Shown: positions 19,901 to 28,285 of the stretch, in pieces
How positions within the stretch are numbered: position 1 is the stretch's first letter
Layout: each line of letters begins with the position of its first letter
Assembly: GCA_937146725.1 (NCBI GenBank)
Contig: CAKZRU010000060.1
Coordinates: 144,498-208,497 of the forward strand
DNA from: an uncultured Myxococcales bacterium
GTDB lineage: Bacteria > Myxococcota_A > Bradymonadia > UBA7976 > VGTA01
Length of the DNA: 64,000 nt
Reading direction: 5' to 3'
The notes under the pieces: model-generated
Databases searched by the model: none
What the model was told of the DNA's origin: nothing
Seen by the model: the letters and a program-made list of their open reading frames with translations, nothing else
Position numbers and translations under genes: made by a program

Positions 19901-21603
19901 CCACGGCTAAGGTCTTGGGTATTTGGTACAGCTAGGCGTCCTTCACAAACATATCCATATTGTGCCGTATCTCCATTTTTAGCTCTCCATAAACCAAGCT
20001 CTCCTCCGGTGCCACCGGTCGCATCTTGAGTGTCAATCGCTGCATGGAGTGATTCGGTTAGATTTGGAGATTCACTTAAACAAGTCAGGCTATCGAGCTC
20101 ACCCATACCCCAATTGGCAGCGCTTTGGTCAAGAGGGGCACCGTTTTCCCAAGTCCAAGATAGGTCATCACCATAGCAAGGGTCTCCGCTTGCGGCTAGA
20201 GCATCACAGGTAGGAAGCTTTGATTGATAGACAACACTTTCCACGCAGTCTAAGTTATCTTGTAGACAATCGCTACGCGCATTGATTTCTTGACGACAAG
20301 TTAAGCTACAAGCGCAGTCTTTACCTGTGGTAATCGATTGAGAGGGATAGCCTTGAGTTCGTAGGCTGTTACACTGAGTTTGGTCAGCAATCGCTACATA
20401 GTTGGCGCCCGGACCACAATCGGGGGCGACAATGCTTGCGCCAATCCATGCACCACCACTAGAGCTATTTTTGGCGACATTATAAATACTTTGACTCTCT
20501 GCAGCATTTGCTGCATCAGCAAGCTTGCCACCCATTGCAGCACAGTTTGCTGCAGCCGCGGTCCAAGTTGTAGGCTCGTCAAAGAAGAAATACTGACCTT
20601 CACCAGAACCACCTAGAGTCGCCGCTGGCCCGAGGTTAATAGATCCGTTGAACAAGCTTTGACTCAAGGTGATTAAGGCATCACTTAAAACAACACCATC
20701 CACAAACAGGGCGGGATTATTTCCAACCGAAGCGAGTTCACTACCGGTAATGGTAATCTTAGCACCTGTATTTACATCACCAAGAACGTTGATTGAGCCC
20801 AAACTGATACTACTATCGATTATTTTTAACTCGGCACCCGCTTGTAGGTGGCTATCAATCATGATGGAACCAGTCAAACTGGTGCGTTCAAGAGTGAGTT
20901 CACTGCCAAAGCCTGCTGACCCTTGGCCATTATCTCTTAGCTTAATCGCGCCCTCAATTTCACTGTCAATAAAGCGAGTAAAGACATTCTCAGCTAATGA
21001 GGCAAGATCTGTGGAATACTCTCCACCAATCAAGGTTGCTTCGGTTAAGATTAAGTCGCTTGCTCCACTGTCTCGCTTAAGCGCGGTTTTATGGGCATTA
21101 ATCGACAAACCATTAAGGGCAAGACTCATATCTCCTTGAATATGAACCCCGTTTGCTAATCCATTAATATTAACATAACTAAGTTCAGAACCAAGTGCAC
21201 CTGATGCAAAGATGATACCGGTTGCATGTTCAGCAGGACCGGCTAAATCTTGCCCGTTAATTAGAATTGGGGCTTCTGCTGTGCCTTGAGCCAAAAGCCG
21301 TCCTCTAACAAGAATTTCTACTCCGCTTGCATTATTGGTTGCTGCTGCATCAGTCGCACTAAAGCGAATTTCAACACCAGACTCAATTGTCAAGGTTGCT
21401 TGGCCACGTACCTCAACGTCGCGCGTAATTAAATATGGAGAATTAGCCTGAGTCCAAGTTGTATCAGAGGTAATGACCGCCGTTTCTTGGCCAATTGATG
21501 TTTGTCCAAAAGCAGTCTGACTTAGAAGCAGACAGGAACCAAGAACACTAAATAATAGTGACATCTTGGGTGAGTAATGATGTGTAATTTTTCTCATCAA
21601 CAT
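13951..21603 (-). CDS. giant (2550 aa) surface adhesin: signal peptide, C-type-lectin-like domain, parallel beta-helix, ~20 Big_2 Ig-like repeats, Asp-rich Ca-binding (TSP3-like) repeats, MYXO-CTERM-like sorting tail
   Basis: Signal peptide MSLLFSVLGSCLLLSQTAFGQ. CTLD hallmarks (WTAAAANCAAMGGKLA ... WTWENGAPLD...NWGMGE...LTC...YGYVCE). Beta-helix asparagine ladders (NNNNVVRGTGIAI). Repeated Big_2-type modules (TAGCAPGTYNNAVTATFG and variants). DxDxDG repeats. C-terminus is DDGCETQSGTKTP-WLLFLCLALMTI-RRRELV*. Confidence 0.8.
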   Translation of the reverse strand: MLMRKITHHYSPKMSLLFSVLGSCLLLSQTAFGQTSIGQETAVITSDTTWTQANSPYLITRDVEVRGQATLTIESGVEIRFSATDAAATNNASGVEILVRGRLLAQGTAEAPILINGQDLAGPAEHATGIIFASGALGSELSYVNINGLANGVHIQGDMSLALNGLSINAHKTALKRDSGASDLILTEATLIGGEYSTDLASLAENVFTRFIDSEIEGAIKLRDNGQGSAGFGSELTLERTSLTGSIMIDSHLQAGAELKIIDSSISLGSINVLGDVNTGAKITITGSELASVGNNPALFVDGVVLSDALITLSQSLFNGSINLGPAATLGGSGEGQYFFFDEPTTWTAAAANCAAMGGKLADAANAAESQSIYNVAKNSSSGGAWIGASIVAPDCGPGANYVAIADQTQCNSLRTQGYPSQSITTGKDCACSLTCRQEINARSDCLQDNLDCVESVVYQSKLPTCDALAASGDPCYGDDLSWTWENGAPLDQSAANWGMGELDSLTCLSESPNLTESLHAAIDTQDATGGTGGELGLWRAKNGDTAQYGYVCEGRLAVPNTQDLSRGTLNFDQINVSGSIIVNVGTLNLSHSQVSDKTTVALYRQGLIHANSFQGSVSIASRDQVEISANTINEFTKPDGTSAGGGVQVEAEHTVIYGNQVSGGAQGVLTRGSAEIANNLITKMSGYGIRSLPDSTVASGLDNIIANNTLVENVIGISLEGTVNASTTRLNNNNVVRGTGIAIERINSAPLVTNNNNVFDYPNLYSGFSPDANSISVSPSFVADFPAADPIFRLDSGSPLIDLGRCDLAPNAPQSMGGLKVDIDGIPRPFDGDFDGNSGCDIGAFEFGPEEIFMYVDGALANSTSFATGREVELTLWGRRDSNVFPVAPAVWTIDETVGIFNEETDQFRPSATPGLYNSALHAQFGNLTTSLDVDLGCGCVAPDERNGAPGECNGVPACYFNDWTCPVRENYCQVAELGSFDNPFTVAAEDSLQIRAGARDAFGFVFKYDQPFTYEVINGGGSVTAGGMFTANSVAGDYIGSLRITAGNVSGVTDIKITPNVPAEIVISKATQSVSTTRTVLYSAVVKDAFNNVIPDVDVTWSISAAGGSTIDPVTGRVTAGCAPGTYNNAVTATFGSVSRSSDLIVDQGGAIVTQLDISPSSLNIPATTSENFSVTVTDACGFTRPASNPVFSTNGTAGAIDQTGIFTAGCNLGAFNSAIVVSAENLQSSANVTVTGAPLRELSIQPNSAQVRMGSSQVFETVGVDECGRLKTVEPLWSTPITNASVSGAGLPSNGQRLTVGCSTEGTSVAGLSAVYTDEFNRQFTAFSSISVLPGEVATLTLPQASISLPAGNEQQLQANAFDACGNPRQDAIRWSTSSGSIGADTGLLTAGCVRGFYPAAVFAQAGTQVGQIDLEVTDGVLQRIEINPSPVSIQAGAQRQLTAQLYDGCNNLIEQEPTWRSTEGGSLTPTGLLTASESARTYFGAVIAELGGVQASADLVVTPAAASVLEVTPDPFVVAAGSVINLEVTAFDEFGNDFMPEVNWTVSPDAGSIDDEDQFTAGQVVGTFTDGLIARVGSAELAIDVEITAGAVAALNVQPTPVTVTANGSIQLTASPVDQFGNSVTNTPINWSVEAGGGQITSTGLFTAFGTAGTYTQSILASGGGIEQRVNVVVTPSAATRLVLTPASLELIPQQEQQVALMVFDANDNMIEPTNVVYAVAEGDGLFTVSPTGLVRALQMTGTGRIQVNANGLTSFLELSIIPGPVTHIQVTRPSQNEQTEVEERIVVTPGQVIDLDAVALDAFDNEVNVPLTWSTSVENFAVTNAGVFTAGLIAGVYPNAIRIRHLGVERFITVEVQAGEPVSIHIEPSTIIMNPGSSQQLTAYFTDAQGNVSNAEVAVNWGRVASSSFSITSDGVISADCAVLPNFYPDEITVETATGTGFELSSTANVDVRAGEVATVQISPNRADVEVDDDFIFSAEGLDDCGFKTNDVPVYTVFEGQGSINPNGRFRAGTVTEEVTVRAQVGNFVADATVTITPGPAVRLNVTPDEVSVTVGQRQIFEVEASDEYGNTWMPSDAVWQVRDAEGNHGSTDNPVLTGPAGTIDDQGEFRAETTTGTFLSEIKVSYEGQSTFVDLYLVPDAPSSVMITPANPELIPNQIISFSASISDQYGNAINNIEAVFDAPLAMAGNITESGIFTATDRVGYYPNAIVARVSEGVFGQTDVTVVNSAPARIEIEPNTLRTTVDAVERFRATVYDTEGVEIENAMVEWSLNPMEIGQIIPDTDGSGRLAVGMNPGRYFAGIVATITTTEGDVLQGTADIIIPRDFDEDGIDDTREVVAMLDPQDPNDAELDPDADGLTNAQEVNVGLDINDADCDDDGIADGAEEGWDTDTDGDGLINALDFDSDGDGISDGVESGVERATLNDTSSDFVGDADPVTTTNPLSVDSDGDGLEDGEEDANQNGRLDPGETPANSDLNIIACDASLEVTGCPDNLICLESVCSEPLPEAQPEPDDGCETQSGTKTPWLLFLCLALMTIRRRELV

Positions 21604-21833
21604 CCGTATTTCCTATGGAGTGAATGAAGCGTTTTTTGATTTAACTATCCCTAATGAAATGCCTTTAGCATAAGCGAGATACACTTTAACTTAAAGTAGA
21701 TTAAGGGTAGAAGAGTTAATATTTAGTAATAGTATATAGCACCAAGATGGCACTTAGAGAATAGTTGAATCTAGATAAGTTTTCATATTGTCGTTTTTTT
21801 TTAACCTGAAGGGTAATAATCAAGAGGTATTTT

Positions 21834-23120
21834 TTGATGATCAAGTACCGAAAAGTCAGTTCTTGGAAGTTTGGAAGAAACTTTACCAAGTCCCCACAGC
21901 AAAGTCTTTTAGACTTAGAAATGACTCAGGCAGAAGCGATCTATGTTAAAAGATTAAAAGGACAGTCCTTTTTATTGTGTCATTTTGATCAACTTGCTGA
22001 GCTCAATCTTATTTCTCACTTCCAAAATCAGAGCCTTGGAGTAACCACCCAAGCACAAGACTCATTTCAACTTACAAACTCTACCTTCACTTTTGGTCTG
22101 TCTGATTGGTTAAGTACATTACAGCGTTTTTTAGCTGTCGCCTTAACCCAACAGATTGAAACTCAAACACAATCGGTTATTGATATAGGTCAAATGATTA
22201 AGCAACCGATTGAGTGGAGTTTGTTTCATTTAGGCCTTCAATGTGATTTGAGAAAGGCCAATCGCTCTAGAGATCTGCAAATTCTCAATTTGATCAAGCT
22301 TTTTAAGCAAGGACTAAACTCTCCTTACACGCGACTGTTTCCATCTGTGCATGGTTTTAATTCATGGCGACTAAGTCAGAGGAGATTATCAAAATTACTC
22401 TCCCAAGTTCCAAGCCAAGGTCCGATGTTGGCGGTTAATGACGTATATGCTTTTACAGAATGGCAACAGCATTTAGCAGAAAGCATTATTTGGAGTCTAT
22501 TGCTGCTAGAACAAGATTCTAAGACGATGCAAGAGTTAAAAACCGAGGTCAACGAGGCCTTAGCTCAGCAAGCATACCAAACTGATTCACTCGCTAAGCT
22601 ACCCAAGTTGGCATGCTTTATTTATGAGGTTTTAAGGCTTTTTCCACCAGTATGGTTGAGCTCTTGGGGAAAAGTCAGTGATCTACAAAATCAAAGCGAT
22701 TTATTTCAAAGCATAAAGCAAGACTTAAATCCACAAACAGTTCTGATGAGCACAGCACTGCATTCTCATTTTAGAGAAATAGATTGGCCTTCACCCTTTT
22801 CTTTTCAGCCACAAAGATTTCTAGGTATTTTTTATGGAGCGCAGGCTCCGCAAAGTTTTGTTCCTTTTGGTTCTGGTGCCCAAGGAAAGCGTCAAACTCA
22901 AATCGCAGTACATACAATCGCCTCGGTTTTAAGTTCCATATTGCGTCGTGGTAGGCTAAATATTGAACCATCTTCGTGGTTGCCACTACAATTTCCACTT
23001 CAGTATGGTCCAAACACTGTACCAGAATGGATTGGAACAGGATTTGGGATTCCTCCTCAACTTCAAGGACAATTCACCTTGGATGAAAGCTATATTTATA
23101 TTCCTTCAGCTCGAATATGA
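21834..23120 (+). CDS. cytochrome P450-fold protein lacking the heme-thiolate cysteine (Cys->Lys)
   Basis: K-helix ExxR-PP motif (FIYEVLRLFPPVW). PERF-like motif (FSFQPQRFLG). Heme-loop-like FVPFGSGAQGKRQTQIAV where the canonical FGxGxRxCxG cysteine position is Lys (codon aag 22887-22889). Length 428 aa is typical for a P450. Confidence 0.55.
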   Translation: MMIKYRKVSSWKFGRNFTKSPQQSLLDLEMTQAEAIYVKRLKGQSFLLCHFDQLAELNLISHFQNQSLGVTTQAQDSFQLTNSTFTFGLSDWLSTLQRFLAVALTQQIETQTQSVIDIGQMIKQPIEWSLFHLGLQCDLRKANRSRDLQILNLIKLFKQGLNSPYTRLFPSVHGFNSWRLSQRRLSKLLSQVPSQGPMLAVNDVYAFTEWQQHLAESIIWSLLLLEQDSKTMQELKTEVNEALAQQAYQTDSLAKLPKLACFIYEVLRLFPPVWLSSWGKVSDLQNQSDLFQSIKQDLNPQTVLMSTALHSHFREIDWPSPFSFQPQRFLGIFYGAQAPQSFVPFGSGAQGKRQTQIAVHTIASVLSSILRRGRLNIEPSSWLPLQFPLQYGPNTVPEWIGTGFGIPPQLQGQFTLDESYIYIPSARI

Positions 23121-23165
23121 AGTGCAGCTATATCGTCAATCCATCCAGCTTACTTGATTGGAAAT

Positions 23166-23200
23166 ATAAGTCATCAACTAAAAAGATATGACTTATTTAG
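23166..23200 (+). terminator. possible intrinsic terminator after the P450-like gene
   Basis: Inverted repeat ataagtcat (23166-23174) and atgacttat (23188-23196) around a 13-nt loop, followed by tttag. It lies 45 bp after the stop codon. Confidence 0.35.
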
Positions 23201-23268
23201 TAAGGTCATGCTTGCATATCTTTCGCTTGTTCTTATAGTGCACTCAATTAAATGATAGGAGTTGTATT

Positions 23269-26214
23269 ATGAAGTTCATCAAAAATCTGTTTGGGACAGC
23301 CAATGAGCGGGCCCTAAGAAAGCTAAAACCGCTTAAAGATGCCGTAAATGGCCTTGGCACTCAAATGGAGAAACTTTCAGATGATGATCTGAAAGGGATG
23401 AGCAACATCTTTAAAGAGCGACTTGAGCAAGGGGCGAGTTTAGAAGATATTCAAATCGAAGCTTTTGCCGTTGCTCGCGAAGCCGCTTGGCGTGTTTTAG
23501 GTATGAAGCCTTATGATGTTCAGGTCATTGGTGGTTTTGCCTTACATCAAGGGAATATAGCCGAGATGAAAACCGGTGAAGGTAAAACTCTAGTAGCGAC
23601 CATGCCAACCTATTTAAATGCCTTATCAGGTAAAGGTGTGCACGTGGTAACAGTGAACGATTATCTTGCGCGACGTGACGCAGAATGGATGGGGCAACTT
23701 TATCGTTGGTTGGGTCAAAGCACCGGTGTGATTATTAATGGGATTAATGATCAAGATCGTAAGGCTGCTTATGCCTCAGATATTACTTATGGCCAAAATA
23801 ATGAGTTTGGCTTTGACTATCTACGCGATAATATGAAGTTTCAGCTCGAAGATTATGTTCAGCGTGAACTTAATTTTGCCATTATTGACGAGGTTGACTC
23901 TATTCTCATCGATGAAGCCCGTACACCTTTGATTATTAGTGGTCCGGCCGAAAGCGCTAATGACCTATATTTGAGCATTGACCAAATTATTCCTAAGCTT
24001 AAAAAAGATATCGACTACAATGTTGATGAAAAGTATCATTCGGCGACTTTGACCGACGAAGGTGTTGATAAAGTAGAACGTTTATTGGGGATTGATTATC
24101 TTTATGATACAAGCAATCTAATTGTACTTCACCACGTTAACAATGCACTCAAAGCACACACCTTATATAAAAGGGATGTCAATTATCTGGTTCAAAATGG
24201 TCAAGTGATGATCATTGATGAGCACACTGGACGTTTGATGGATGGACGACGTTGGTCAGATGGTTTGCACCAAGCCGTAGAAGCCAAAGAAAGAGTCGAG
24301 ATAAAATCCGAAAATCATACTTTGGCGACCGTGTCTTTCCAAAACTATTTCCGCTTATACAATAAGCTTTCAGGGATGACGGGTACTGCTAAAACCGAGG
24401 AAGAAGAATTTCAAAAGATCTACAGCTTAGATGTGATCGAGATTCCAACCAATCGTCCCATCGCCCGTCACGACTATCCAGATCTTATCTACAGAACAGA
24501 ACAAGGGAAGTTCAGATCTTGCGTGGAGCAGATTAAGGCATGCTACAGCAAGGGGCAACCGGTTCTTGTGGGTACAACAAGTGTAGAAAAAAGTGAAATT
24601 ATTCACCGTTTACTCAAGCAGCAAAAGATCGAGCATGAAGTTCTCAATGCTAAGCATCACTTAAGAGAGGCCTCAATCGTTGCGCAGGCTGGTCGTTTAG
24701 GCCGAGTCACTGTGGCCACCAATATGGCCGGTCGTGGTACAGATATTATCTTGGGCGGTAATGCTGAATATTGGGGACAAGCCTTATTAATTGAGCAAGG
24801 CGTGGCTGAGCGCTATACCCATAATTGGGAATATGTTGAAGACTTTGTTAAAGCCATCTGCATCAATAAAGAGGATGAAGCGCGTAGTATGCGAGGCTTG
24901 CATCCTGTGCTTGCTGAAATTAGTGATGATACCATTCGACAAATCGCTGAAAAACGAGATGAGTTCAAAGCCGAGCAAGAAAAAGTCTTGGCCGCCGGTG
25001 GCCTATTTATCTTAGGCACGGAAAGACATGAAAGTCGTCGTATTGATAATCAGTTACGCGGTCGTGCAGGCCGTCAAGGTGATCCAGGAGAAAGTCGCTT
25101 CTTCCTTTCGCTTGAAGATGACTTAATGCGAATTTTTGCCAAGGATAATATCGTTCAATTTATGGACCGCTTGGGTATGGATGATTCTCAACCTATCGAA
25201 AGTGGCATGGTGTCTCGTTCGGTAGAAACGGCCCAGCGTCGTATCGAAGGTCAGCATTTTGATAATCGTAAAAACTTGCTTGAATATGACGACGTGATGA
25301 ATCAACAACGTCAAACTATTTACAAGTATCGTCTTGACGTACTGAAGGCCAACCAAGAGGAACTTGAAGAAATCTGCTTGGATAGCATTGAAGATTTAGT
25401 GAACAATCTGGTTGATACTCATTGTAATCCTAACCTAAGCGCTGATCGTTGGGAAATTGATGATCTAATTCAAAATGCTCAAAATCAGTTTGCAGTTCAA
25501 ATTGATCTATCAGACTTAGCTCGTAGTCGAGAGCTATACACTCGTCGTATTTATTTCAAAGTCCAAGAAGCCTTCTTTAAGCAACGTGATGAAATTAACC
25601 AACATCAAGAAGGGATCTTTAATGACTTGGCTCGAGATCAATATCTACAATTGGTTGATGAACTATGGAAGCGCCACTTACAAACAATGGATCAATTACG
25701 CTCCGGTATTGGTCTAAGAGGATATGGTCAGCGTGATCCTAAACGTGAATACCAACGTGAAGGCTTTAATCTATTTAAGACAGCTCTTCTGAGCATCAAG
25801 TCTCATGTCATGCAACGTCTTTTATCGGTGCGTTTACAAACCGCAGAAGAAGTTCAAGCCGAGCAGGAAGCCTATGAGCGCTATGTTGAAACTCAAGAGC
25901 GACAAAGACAAGAGTACGAAGCACGCGCTCGTCGTGCTCAAGAACTTACCAAGGCACACCGTAGTCAAGGTCAAAGTAGCCTAAATGGCCCAAGCCCAGA
26001 TCAGATTCTTGCACCTAGCAAAAAAGAGCGAGCGGCTCAAGCACAGCAAGAAGCAGAAGCAGCAGCACTCTTCGCCCAAGAAGATACTGAAGAAAAGCAA
26101 CAACCAATCATCAAGCCAAAGCGCCCTAGTCGTAATGCACCTTGTTGGTGTGGTAGTGGTAAAAAATATAAGCGTTGTCACGCAGAAGCTGATGCCAAAG
26201 AGGATCGAGGCTAA
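23269..26214 (+). CDS. secA: preprotein translocase ATPase SecA
   Basis: 981 aa. Walker A MKTGEGKTLV, DEAD-like DEVDSILIDEARTPLIISG, helical scaffold, and C-terminal zinc-binding tail CWCGSGKKYKRCH. SD taggag precedes the ATG. Confidence 0.95.
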   Translation: MKFIKNLFGTANERALRKLKPLKDAVNGLGTQMEKLSDDDLKGMSNIFKERLEQGASLEDIQIEAFAVAREAAWRVLGMKPYDVQVIGGFALHQGNIAEMKTGEGKTLVATMPTYLNALSGKGVHVVTVNDYLARRDAEWMGQLYRWLGQSTGVIINGINDQDRKAAYASDITYGQNNEFGFDYLRDNMKFQLEDYVQRELNFAIIDEVDSILIDEARTPLIISGPAESANDLYLSIDQIIPKLKKDIDYNVDEKYHSATLTDEGVDKVERLLGIDYLYDTSNLIVLHHVNNALKAHTLYKRDVNYLVQNGQVMIIDEHTGRLMDGRRWSDGLHQAVEAKERVEIKSENHTLATVSFQNYFRLYNKLSGMTGTAKTEEEEFQKIYSLDVIEIPTNRPIARHDYPDLIYRTEQGKFRSCVEQIKACYSKGQPVLVGTTSVEKSEIIHRLLKQQKIEHEVLNAKHHLREASIVAQAGRLGRVTVATNMAGRGTDIILGGNAEYWGQALLIEQGVAERYTHNWEYVEDFVKAICINKEDEARSMRGLHPVLAEISDDTIRQIAEKRDEFKAEQEKVLAAGGLFILGTERHESRRIDNQLRGRAGRQGDPGESRFFLSLEDDLMRIFAKDNIVQFMDRLGMDDSQPIESGMVSRSVETAQRRIEGQHFDNRKNLLEYDDVMNQQRQTIYKYRLDVLKANQEELEEICLDSIEDLVNNLVDTHCNPNLSADRWEIDDLIQNAQNQFAVQIDLSDLARSRELYTRRIYFKVQEAFFKQRDEINQHQEGIFNDLARDQYLQLVDELWKRHLQTMDQLRSGIGLRGYGQRDPKREYQREGFNLFKTALLSIKSHVMQRLLSVRLQTAEEVQAEQEAYERYVETQERQRQEYEARARRAQELTKAHRSQGQSSLNGPSPDQILAPSKKERAAQAQQEAEAAALFAQEDTEEKQQPIIKPKRPSRNAPCWCGSGKKYKRCHAEADAKEDRG

Positions 26215-26378
26215 ACTTCGCTTTCAATCAAGGGCTTGATCATTTCTTACAAGAATCAGTCGATCTAAGTAAAAAGCTTAATAGACTGACTCTTACTTAA
26301 TATCACTGTCTTTCTATAAAAATATCTTGAACATCTTATAAGGTTCGCTACACTCTTGTTTCATCTTAGCTATTCTAC

Positions 26379-26441
26379 TGAGTGAATACTCATTCAGTTT
26401 TATGAGTGAATGCTCATTCATTATTTAGAAACGAGTATTCA
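26379..26441. promoter_or_regulatory. tandem palindromic operator-like sites upstream of the acyl-CoA dehydrogenase gene
   Basis: tgagtgaatactcattca (26379-26396) and tgagtgaatgctcattca (26403-26420) each contain the palindrome TGAAT-N4-ATTCA. A third half-site, gagtattca (26433-26441), is the reverse complement of tgaatactc. The array sits 45-110 bp upstream of the ATG at 26488. Confidence 0.45.
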
Positions 26442-26487
26442 TACACGTTTTTTATACACTTATACTTCCACGAAAATAGGAGATCAC

Positions 26488-28257
26488 ATGCAGACTTATA
26501 AGGCGCCAGTACGCGATATTCGCTTCAGTCTTGAGACCATGGGATATGATAAAATCGCTAATTTTTCACAATTTGAGGACTATGATATTGACACCTTAAT
26601 GAGCATTGTGGAAGAGGCCGGCAAGTTCTGTACAAATGAGATGCTTCCGACTAACTCTGCCGCAGACCAAGAGGGTGTACATTACAATCCAGAAACCATG
26701 GAAGTAACCACACCTAAAGGCTTCAAAGAACTTTGGGCTAAGTTCCGTGAGGGTGAGTTTGCCGCGATGCCTCATCCGGTTGAATACGGTGGTCATGGCG
26801 CACCAATGACCCTAGCCTTCATTATGAGTGAGCTTTCGACAGCAACCAACAAAAGCTTTTCAATGTGTCCTGGACTGACTCAAGGTCTGGTTGATGCTTT
26901 GATTCACTGGGGCAGCGATGAGCAAAAGAAAACCTATTTACCTCCATTAATCTCTTGTGAATATACCGGAACCATGTGTCTGACCGAGCCTCAATGTGGT
27001 ACTGACTTAGGTCTACTCACCACCAAGGCAGAGCCAATTGAGGGTCGTGATGCTTACTCTTTAACCGGTACTAAGATTTGGATCACCTTTGGTGAGCATG
27101 ATTTAACCGAGAATATTGTACACCTTGTTCTTGCTCGTTTACCAGATGCGCCTGAAGGCATTAGAGGGATCAGTACCTTTATCGTTCCTAAGATTCTTGA
27201 AAATGGTGAGCGTAATCCAATCTATTGTGGTGGACTTGAACACAAGATGGGGATCCATGCTTCTCCAACTTGTGTCATGAATCTTGAGGGGGCCGAGGGC
27301 TATTTGGTCGGTGAGCCTCACAAGGGCATGAAAGTCATGTTTACCATGATGAATGCGGCTCGCTTAAGTGTAGGTATTGAGGGCATTGCGCTTTCAGAGA
27401 TTTCTTACCAAACTGCACTTGCCTTTGCCAAAGATCGTACACAAATGCGTGCCTTAGATCCTGCTAAGCGTGATCCTAATGCCAAGGCAGACAACATCTT
27501 GGTTCACCCTGATGTGCGTCGTATGCTTCTCAACGTAAAAGCGAGCACCGAAGGTATGCGCGCTCTCAGTAGCTGGGTCGCGGTAAATATCGATGTCGGT
27601 GTTAATCACCCTGATGAAGCTGTACGCCAAGAAGCAAATGATATTGTTGCACTCTTTACTCCAATTGTTAAATCTTACTGTACAGAGCGTGGTTTTTGGA
27701 ATGTAAGTGAAGCCATGCAGGTTTGCGGTGGTTCTGGTTATACTACCGATTGGTGTATTGAGCAGTATCTACGTGATATGCGTATTGCGCTGATTTATGA
27801 GGGTACAAACCATATCCAAGCTCTTGATTTGATCGGTCGTAAGCTTCCTGCAAAGGGAGGCCGAGCCATGATGGCCTTTAATAAGCAAATCACCGAGTTT
27901 ATCCGTTCAAATAAAGATGATGAAAGCATGGCGCCTTTTGTTAATCCGGTTAAAGAGGCTTCAAAACTTCTTTCGGATATTACCATGAAAACTCTCATGG
28001 CTAAGGCAGCCAAAGATCCCGAGGAAGGTGGAGCGGTTGCTTCAAACTACCTAAATCTTTTCGCCCTAACTGCTATTGGCTATCTTTTAGGACAGCAGGC
28101 CAAAGTTGCAATGCAACGTGAAGGCAAGTTCTACACAACAAAGCTTAAGACCATTCGTTTCTATATGGAAAATATCTTGCCTGAAGTACACAGCCTAGCT
28201 GCGATCATCAAGGCGGGTAAGGCCAATATGATGGCCTTTGAGGTTGATGAGTTCTAA
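26488..28257 (+). CDS. acyl-CoA dehydrogenase family protein, long form (~590 aa) with C-terminal extension
   Basis: ACAD N/M/C domains (e.g. YCTERGFW..GGSGYTTDWCIEQYLRDMRIALIYEGTNHIQALDLIGRKL). Preferred start is the ATG at 26488, preceded by taggagat. The track ORF begins at 26410. Confidence 0.85.
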   Translation: MQTYKAPVRDIRFSLETMGYDKIANFSQFEDYDIDTLMSIVEEAGKFCTNEMLPTNSAADQEGVHYNPETMEVTTPKGFKELWAKFREGEFAAMPHPVEYGGHGAPMTLAFIMSELSTATNKSFSMCPGLTQGLVDALIHWGSDEQKKTYLPPLISCEYTGTMCLTEPQCGTDLGLLTTKAEPIEGRDAYSLTGTKIWITFGEHDLTENIVHLVLARLPDAPEGIRGISTFIVPKILENGERNPIYCGGLEHKMGIHASPTCVMNLEGAEGYLVGEPHKGMKVMFTMMNAARLSVGIEGIALSEISYQTALAFAKDRTQMRALDPAKRDPNAKADNILVHPDVRRMLLNVKASTEGMRALSSWVAVNIDVGVNHPDEAVRQEANDIVALFTPIVKSYCTERGFWNVSEAMQVCGGSGYTTDWCIEQYLRDMRIALIYEGTNHIQALDLIGRKLPAKGGRAMMAFNKQITEFIRSNKDDESMAPFVNPVKEASKLLSDITMKTLMAKAAKDPEEGGAVASNYLNLFALTAIGYLLGQQAKVAMQREGKFYTTKLKTIRFYMENILPEVHSLAAIIKAGKANMMAFEVDEF

Positions 28258-28285
28258 TTTATTACACTTTAGGACTCGGTCTTGT

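Noticed and set aside
14099-21139. Multiple 60-190-aa ORFs on the + strand within the giant adhesin gene (e.g. 14200..14772, 20669..21139) and 60-80-aa same-strand fragments
   Set aside because: Shadow or out-of-frame ORFs inside a continuous 2550-aa reading frame. Ser/Pro/Ile-rich junk translations.
26251-26295. Imperfect 11-bp inverted repeat (aagaatcagtc ... gactgactctt) just after the secA stop
   Set aside because: One mismatch, a 22-nt loop and no downstream T-run. Too weak to call a terminator.
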